Below, piece after piece: positions 45,723-53,077 of a DNA stretch of 53,077 nucleotides. The position numbers and the translations under genes are program-made. The notes under the pieces were generated by a model. It was not told where the DNA came from. It searched no databases and saw only the letters and a list, made by a program, of their open reading frames with translations. Source of the DNA: Chromera velia (taxonomy: Eukaryota); the NCBI GenBank assembly GCA_018398765.1, contig JAHBMJ010000239.1:1-53077 (forward strand), read 5' to 3'. Numbering within the stretch: position 1 is the stretch's first letter; each line of letters opens with the position of its first letter.

Positions 45723-46709
45723 GTGTGTGTGTGTGTGTTTATCTATGTGTTCGAAATACACACTTCTCATGCATATGTGTGTATGTATGTGTGTGTATAT
45801 GTATGTGTATGTGTGTGTGTATGTATGTGTATGTGTGTGTCTGGCAGAGCAGGGGCAAACCTGGACGTTTGTCGTCAATGGTCCTCGGAGATCACTTCTT
45901 TGCAGACTGAGGGACTTGCTGTCTCGCTCCCAGGGGATGGAGAGGTCACATTTTTTCCATACTTCGGCAAGTTGCTCGGGGACTGGCCTGCGGTCGCTGA
46001 GGATTCTTGCTGTAAAGGCCACTCTGCCTCGAAATTCTGCCAACGATGCGGCTCTGTCTATGTCCAGGAAATGGAGCGGGGGGGGCAAGTCATTAGGGGC
46101 AAGTCACTCACTGAAGAGGAACGACAGTCTCTCAAACAGCAGGCCTACTGTCTGGGTGAGAGTAATCATCTCACTCATGACCTCTGGCATGATACATTCG
46201 GGTTCGCTCAGAAGCATGATTTCAAAGAACCGATCACCTTTCCTACAAATTCTTCATTTCCGAGGGGATGCTTAAGAAGGACAGGAAAAGAGGGGGACTT
46301 GAGAGTGTGACATGGGATCAAAGGGGCTTCTCCCTTCTATAGAGAGGCAGCCTTGAGAGAGGTCCGTTTCTCTGTCCCACGATTTTGTCCTTATGACCGG
46401 CTGCATGCTCTCGACGGCAATTTATCGAAGCGTTATGCGACCCGGCTTCTGAGAAATCTTCAAAAGGTCTGGGGGGGGGGGAAGGAAGGACTAGGCCGGG
46501 TGACAGAGTGGGTGACCAAGCATACTCCACCGGGAGAGCGCCCCCCTGGGCTCTTATTCAAAGCTTCCGGAGCAGCTGAGGGAAGAGAGCTCTGGCTCAG
46601 GGGGGGGCAGGCAAAGGTTGTCGTTTTTGCGTTGTGGAAGCTCTTCAATCTGAACAACCCTCTCTGTAAGGAGATGATTGACTTGCACTCAGACTCTGCG
46701 CAGGCGTAG
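44705..46709 (+). pseudogene. EnSpm/CACTA-type transposase, spliced, with stops and frameshifts
   Basis: G..Y...LF....IPVLKYADSVDPNP...YMY...RS...NVF in 44705-45388. After a (TG)n intron come LLGDWPAV...KGHSASKFCQRC and HDLWHD, motifs typical of CACTA-like DDE transposases. Confidence 0.78.
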
Positions 46710-46956
46710 GGGGCATATCAGTGGAGACAGGACACTTACAGTGCCTTGCATCCACACACTCATCACGGCACATATCATCACATATAAAATGATGAGCACA
46801 TATTTGCATTGACAGGAGGGGAATTTCCCATAAGAGAGACAGATCCCCAACCAGCCTCCCCGCAGAGGGTTTCCAGTCTATGGTGAAGAGAGAAAACTTC
46901 CCTTCGCTTGACACTTCCCTCTCCCACACCCTACCCTCAACCCACCCCTTCTCCTT

Positions 46957-48722
46957 TCAGTACAAAACAGACAGCCACTTTGATTTTACATGTCTCTTCA
47001 GACAGGTAGCATGTCTTTCCGCTTCTTCTTTGTCTGCAGGCACGCAGCGTAGACTGTGATTGTTTGAATCAAGACAACCAACGTCAAGACAGTCGTCCCA
47101 GACTCGTGGGACAACCTTGCCTGGGGGCACTCTCTCCTCCTCTCTCTGCATCCATTGTTGTATAGATAAGCCTGCCGTCTCTCTCTCTCTCCTCTCTAAT
47201 TTTTCTTCCTCCTGTCTCTCTCTCTCCTCTCTCTCCTCCTCTCTCTGCCTCCTTCGCTCTTCCTTCTTTTGCTTCTCTTTCTCTCTTTTTTCCTTCTTTT
47301 TCTCTCTGCTTTCCTTCTCTTCTTCTTTTTTCCTCTTTTTCAGCTCTTCTTTCTGTTCTTCCTCTCTCTCTCTCTTCTTTCTCTCTCCTTCTCCCTCTGN
47401 NNNNNNNNNNNNNNNNNNNNNNNNNNNNNNNNNNNNNNNNNNNNNNNNNNNNNNNNNCGGCACCACCGCCTGTTGTCTGGGCGCCCCCTCCCCCCCCCGA
47501 AGCACCACCGCCCATTATCTGGGCGCCTCTTCCCCCCCCCGGAGCAGAAATGGAGACGGCACCACCGCTTGTTGTCTGGGTGCCCCCTTCTCCCCCCGGA
47601 GCAGAAAGGGAGACGGCANNNNNNNNNNNNNNNNNNNNNCCTTTCAAGATTTGAAAGACCGCACTCACATGTTCGGCATTTGAGGGGAAAAACTTGCTTT
47701 TCAGCCAGTCAAGTTTCCCCTTAATGGATCGCTGGATCTGGTCCCACGAAGACTTTGCCACTCCGTCCTTTGACCAACCAGCCTCCCAAACTTCTGTCAT
47801 TTTCACTTCTCTGCTCTCTCTGCCCCCCCTCCCCATGTGTGCATTCCAGAGTTTGAGATGCGCCTTCATCACAAACGATTTGTCTCTGTCTGGAGGGTAC
47901 AAGGCGGAGGCCTCGAGGCTCAGAGCAGAGCTGGAAGGGGAGTCGCGAATCCTGTAGCAGACACTCAGCATGAAGACCTGCAGACAGACAGCTAACCAGC
48001 AGACAAACAGGGAGAAAACAAAAGGGGTGAGTAATGACAAGAGAAAGAAAGAAGGAAGGACCTACATAAGTGATTGACGGTGATCGACTTACCAGCAGAA
48101 AGGCGCGGATCCAGAAGGTTGACCCCAAAATCTCCCCAATTCTGCCTGTCGTTCTCAGCTTAGGCAGGTCTCCTAACAAATCTACATGCTGGTTTTGAAT
48201 CAGAGCAATGAGTTGGGACCGTTCCAGGGCCCTTCGATCCTGAATGTTATTCCTTCTCACGGCTAGCGGCTACGTTTATAGTTCCCCCGAATCGGAAAGA
48301 TCGCGAAGCAATAAAATCGTCTCTGCTGCTGCTGCTGCTTGCGGGTCATACTGTTGCATAGCCTGACTTCTTCCCATCCTTTGGAGGGCCTTTCGGGTCT
48401 CCTTGTCCACGTATCCCCGCACCAAAGCCTTCACGTGACCCTCTGCTGCGCTAATGAAGGGCACAAAAAATATGGGATCACTCCGGGAAAAGTCTCTGAT
48501 CTGGGTGAACAGAGAGGTCTCAAGCTCTCTTACCATGGCCGCAACGACAGTCACTTCCAAATAACCATCGGCGGAGCCCTCAAGGATCCGTGCCCACTCT
48601 TAAGTCCCTTGAAGAACCAAAATTTGCTGCTTTAGCAGCGGTGAAAACATGTGGACTTGTAATTGGCTTGCTTCCAAACAAGCCTGCATTTTGACTCTAA
48701 AGATCATAGCAACAGCCTCCAT
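46957..48722 (-). pseudogene. Second, convergent gene inside the CACTA element (accessory ORF with coiled coil and repeat region)
   Basis: Minus-strand ORF blocks at 48276-48560, about 47640-47977 (after a cag acceptor) and 46957-47399 (E/K/R-rich, then Cys/His-containing). Interrupted by N gaps. Confidence 0.45.
47458..47618 (+). repeat. Minisatellite (units of about 40-60 bp, GCACCACCGC(C/T)TGTTGTCTGGG...) bounded by N gaps; probably collapsed
   Basis: Three visible units lie between gaps at 47400-47457 and 47619-47639. Confidence 0.75.
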
Positions 48723-49384
48723 CTCGATCGACTCGATCTTTGATTGAGATTTTAGTATGTTTTAGAACAGGTGTTCTATCAAATATGTCAGTGATGTTCG
48801 ATCACGCAGACAGTTGTTTCGAACATCATCAAGGTTTTAGAGCAGGAGACGTGTCAGTTCGAACTGACGTTTCATTTTTTTTGTGGGCTTCGAACATATT
48901 CGAATGCATGGTGGAACATGCTTGGTGGCTGCGTTCGAACATGAGATGCGTTGCGCAAGTGGCTTAATCGAATACATGGCCGCGCGTTCAAACAGATTTT
49001 CTGCGCGTTCGAACATGATCATTTGCGCCGAAGGGCCTGGATAAAACAAAATGTGTCCTTGAAAACACAGTCTTCCACTTGTTCTGTTGCTTTTGCATTG
49101 TACAGTTTTTAAATATCATTAGTATCATGTGTACGTCGACACTTTTAATTACTAAACTGTCAACACTGACACTTATAGCAAGCAAAGACAGCATTGTTGC
49201 TAGCAGAGATATTAAATCGATTTAACACTGTTTAGCACTAAAGCTATATTAAAGCTAAGCCAAAAAAAAACCTTTGGCTGGCTATACCTGATTGCATGGC
49301 TAAAGTTAGTCAAACACTCAAACATATTTTTTACGATGCTATAAATCAAAATTCATCTACAAAAAAGCTTGTTTTCTAAAGGAT

Positions 49385-49650
49385 AGCGCACTAAAGTTTT
49401 TTGGTAATCCAGTTACGATAGGGGGNNNNNNNNNNNNNNNNNNNNNNNNNNNNNNNNNNNNNGGGGGGGGGGGGACAGAGTTACAATTCATGTAAACCTA
49501 TGGGCAATGAAACATACCTCTTTCCTTACATGACCCCTACCAAACCTCGGGGGTTAGGGGGTGGGGTTACTAAATTAAATAATAAAAGGGGGGAGGGGGG
49601 GTGGGTCAGCCACCTAATGTAACTGGATTACCAAAATTCTTTAGTGCGCT
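49385..49650. mobile_element. MITE-like element with ~32-bp TIRs (AGCGCACTAAAG...GGTAATCCAGTTAC) and G-rich interior
   Basis: AGCGCACTAAAGTTTTTTGGTAATCCAGTTAC pairs with GTAACTGGATTACCAAAATTCTTTAGTGCGCT. No clear TSD. Confidence 0.7.
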
Positions 49651-51000
49651 GCCCCTAAGGGAAAAATTCCCAGAAAATGACTTCTAAAAATTTTTTTTCT
49701 TCCTTGGGGGGGGCTTTTGCCCACCTTTGGACCCCCCCCCCGCCTCTGCAAAGACCTGTGCCCTTTAAGCCTTTGCAAGGCAAAACAAGTTTTTTTTCCT
49801 ATCTAAACTCATTTTTTTTACTCAAACAAACAGAATATACCTACCAAAACAAACAACAAAGTTTAACAGGAACCAATATATACAGTATAATATACTTAAT
49901 ACGTTTAGCACTATAGTTAGCCTAGGGGGCCGCACTTGGTCTTATATGTAAATTCTACCCCAATTTCGGTCATCTTGAATAGGAACCTAAATGATTGATA
50001 TACATAAACGGCTGAAACTACCAGATAAAGCACATCATGCTAAATTATATTGGTTGGTTTACATCTGTATAATTATGATGTTGAGCTACATTGTGGTGTC
50101 TCAAAGTTGAACGATGTCATGTCGCCAGGTTTTGTTGGGCGTTGGGCTGTGTTGGGCCTGTTGGGCAGTGTTCCACAGTATAAATGGCCCAACAACAGCC
50201 TAACATCACTTTAAAGTGCACAACAAACATTGTAAAGCCTGTTAGACCAACTAATTTAGCTAGGCTCCCTATATTAATTGAATCAGCAGATAGCCTCTGC
50301 AGTCAATGGTGCGAGTGTATAGGTCTTTTGGACGGTCGATCGATTAGCAACCCCTGAGGCGGGAAACAGTACCTCTTGCATTATTCGTTGCAATGAACAC
50401 AAACCTTTTAATCATCTTATAATAAAAAAAAAAAGAAAATTAGGCTAAAAACCTAATTAGTTTTTTTTTTTTTTTAACTTTCTAGAACAACACCTGAACA
50501 AGTCTAGGAACAACTCTTGTTTGGGGTATTGCACAATGGGTGTCGGCTAAGAAAAAAAAAAAGAAAAAAAATAAGCGATCGGAGGAGATTTTTTTTTTTT
50601 TCTTTTCTTTTTCTTTTTAACCCCAAACAAAACTTAACAACAGTTGTGTAACACCTGAACAACACTTGTACAATACTTGAACAACAGTTATTTGTAGTTG
50701 TTTGAATGAAAAAGAAAAAAAAAATAAAGGATTTGAGGCGATCTGTTTTTTTTTTTTTCTTTAGCCAATGCCTAGGCATAACTGTTCTTTGAAAAAAAAA
50801 AAAAAATCAAAAGTCAATTTTACGCAATTACTTTTTTTTTTCCGATATGGAGAGCCTTTTTTCGTTTTTGTCAACTTTTTGAATGGGCCTAGACCTTTGG
50901 CTAGCTAAGCTAATGGGTAAGCCAATCATGCATTTTAATATGTATTTTACAACTCTGTTTGGTAGTATGTAATACGTTTTCTGTGCCAACCATGCCTAAC

Positions 51001-52250
51001 TAATGACCATGTTTGATTTGATTATATTTGATTTGATTTGATTTGATTTGATTTGAGCTTCAACCTCAAATATTTGATATTTGAGGTAAGATTTGAGGTT
51101 AACCTCTTAAGGTTCCTCACTGATCACTGACTTACTGTCACTCTGATCATTTTTCTCATGACAATAGTTATTGAACATTTTCTGATGTGTGTTTCAAAAA
51201 TTTAAAAATATATATATAAAATTATAACTTATCAGTTCCGTAAAAAAAATATGCCTGTGTGGTAGTGTATATACACTAGTCACTTCAGTGTTGGGAGCAG
51301 AAGTCTCTGCACCTTCCCCACAGACGGGAGATCGTAGCGGGGGTCCAGTGCCTTGACCAGCTTTCGCAATGCCTCGTTTTCTGTGAGATGAGGCCAGCCA
51401 GCACTGGCCAGAAAGTCAATGGTCAGCATATCGCACTTGATTCTCTTCTCATGCGTCTCTGTATATAGTATGGCCACAGCTTCTGCTTCATCTTTGGTGG
51501 GGAAAAACGTTCGCACGTCAGGCTGTTTTGTTCCCCCCGCCCCCTCCGACTGCTTCTCCTGTCTTTCTTGGAGCAGCTGTACATGTTTGTCAGACGTGAT
51601 TGTCAAGCCATGCTGATTGATGAGGTGGGTTTGAAAAGAACTGGTTGCCGCTGCTGTATACTCACAGCCACAAATAGTTTTTCCTTCCCCCTCGGCTCCT
51701 TGTATTTTCACCTGACATTGAATCACATTTGCCCCCTTTTGCACGGACCATATTTTTTTTGCGTACCCGGCTCTAAAAACAAATGCCTCCTTCTTCCCGT
51801 TCGACCCTGTCACATTGTGTGACATGTCTTTACGGGGTGTAAAATGTTTGCAGACGCTCAAAAAGGGGGTTGTAAAAGATGTTCCAGCACTAGAAAAGTC
51901 AACACAGCTGTTCGGGAAAACGTTTAGCTGATCGGTTTACCTCTGCATGAAATAAAAGGGGGTGAAACGTCAATTTCAGTGCAGCTCAAAACGTTTTTTT
52001 TTTGAGAGCAAACCATCAAGATTTAGGTTTTTTCATTTGAATCAGCATGCGTGATGGATCGGTACTTGTAAAAGTTTTTTCGGGACCCTCATATTTGAGG
52101 TTGAAAGTCATATTGTCATGATATTGATCAAATATTTGATCGTATTTGATAGGTCTTTAAACACTAGGTCCTCCCTGACTGGATATTTGATTTGAGCTTA
52201 AGCTCTACCTCAAATCAAATCAAATCAAATCAAATCAAACATGGTCACTA
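51001..52250 (-). mobile_element. hAT transposon, third copy, internally deleted (1250 bp)
   Basis: TAATGACCAT...ATGGTCACTA termini; 8-bp TSD TGCCTAAC at 50993-51000 and 52251-52258. ORF 51280-51861 is nearly identical to the N-terminus of the ORF starting at 34204. Confidence 0.95.
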
Positions 52251-53077
52251 TGCCTAACCATGTATGTGACTGCTTAAAAACGCGTAAAAATCACCTTTAT
52301 GAACATATATACAGGTGCAGGCCCACACACTACAGGCAGTGCAGGGTACACATAGATGCATCAAAAGCCGGCCAACTTTATTAATAAAACATTTTATCAT
52401 GTTTAAAAATTAATGAATGATTATAATTTGAAGGTATAGGTAGGTTTAGGTGGTAAGAGGTTTAGCTTAGCCTAGAGCTTAGCAAACTTTTTGCCTCACT
52501 CTAGGCCTCACTTTACCTCATTCCTGCCTCAAAAGTTAAAGCGTAATGTGAAAACAAATGAAAGAAAGGAAGTGTTGACACTATACTAATTTAATTACTA
52601 AAACATAAATGTTATTGACACTGAGTGTCATTCCAAGCTCAAGTGTCGACACTAACATTTGTCGCATATGATGATTGTGATAAGAACCATGTTGGTGTAT
52701 GATCGACTAGTGGGCTTAGCAGACAGATTCACGTACGTTGGACTCCATCAGTCAGGAGGAATATCAGTCCAGTACCAAGCACAATCACCAGACAAAGATA
52801 ACGATCACATTCTTTGGGTGTGAGGATAAACATCAATCGATTAGTCGCTGCATACCAATGAATGCGATAGGCCTGCATGCATGCCATCCGGGGCCGACTG
52901 ACAGGCACTGCAGGGGCGGCGCACTGGTTGCACCGCAAGGTACGAGGCTGACCCGCGACGCACACAAGCATACATAAGCCAGACGTTAGGTATGAACCAG
53001 GGTGGTTATAACATACATCCCTTTTCTTTTTCTTTGAAATTCTTTCTTTCTTTTCCCTTTTCTTTTTTTTTTTTTCT

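Larger units (their letters stand above)
44448..49041 (+). mobile_element. CACTA/EnSpm-superfamily DNA transposon (CCCAG-type termini), 4.6 kb, degenerate
   Basis: 76-bp TIRs at 44448-44523 and 48966-49041 with 11 mismatches. Many subterminal GTTCGAAC motifs. Flanks TG/TA are a possible 2-bp TSD. An internal transposase is present. Confidence 0.85.

Noticed and set aside
52729..52977. Short overlapping ORFs near the window end
   Set aside because: No recognisable motif or supported splice chain; cannot be called from the sequence alone.

Overview
Eukaryotic nuclear scaffold with GT-AG introns, long microsatellites and N gaps. It is probably from a myzozoan alveolate (apicomplexan- or chrompodellid-like); this is inferred from an alveolate-type pseudo-DUSP and abundant TGCATGCA, and was not confirmed by search. 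Spliced genes I could reconstruct by hand: an MFS sugar porter (3'-truncated at the window start), a catalytically dead dual-specificity phosphatase with an apparent 1-nt frameshift, a cytochrome-b5-like MAPR protein head-to-head with folD, and an AT-hook protein head-to-head with a hypothetical gene. Two transposon islands (about 9.4-14.7 kb and 32-52 kb) hold an LTR element, a solo LTR, LINE and copia remnants, three hAT copies with 8-bp TSDs, a CACTA/EnSpm element and several MITEs. They include a four-layer nested insertion: LINE, then a TIR element with CACAGTG ends, then hAT, then hAT. The strongest unexplained signal is that repeat copies differ almost only by C:G to T:A transitions, concentrated at CpA/TpG and CpG (22 of 24 LTR differences, 10 of 11 TIR differences). 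This suggests RIP-like or methylation-driven hypermutation of repeats in a non-fungal lineage. A 1267-bp exact tandem duplication around a single N is treated as an assembly artefact.
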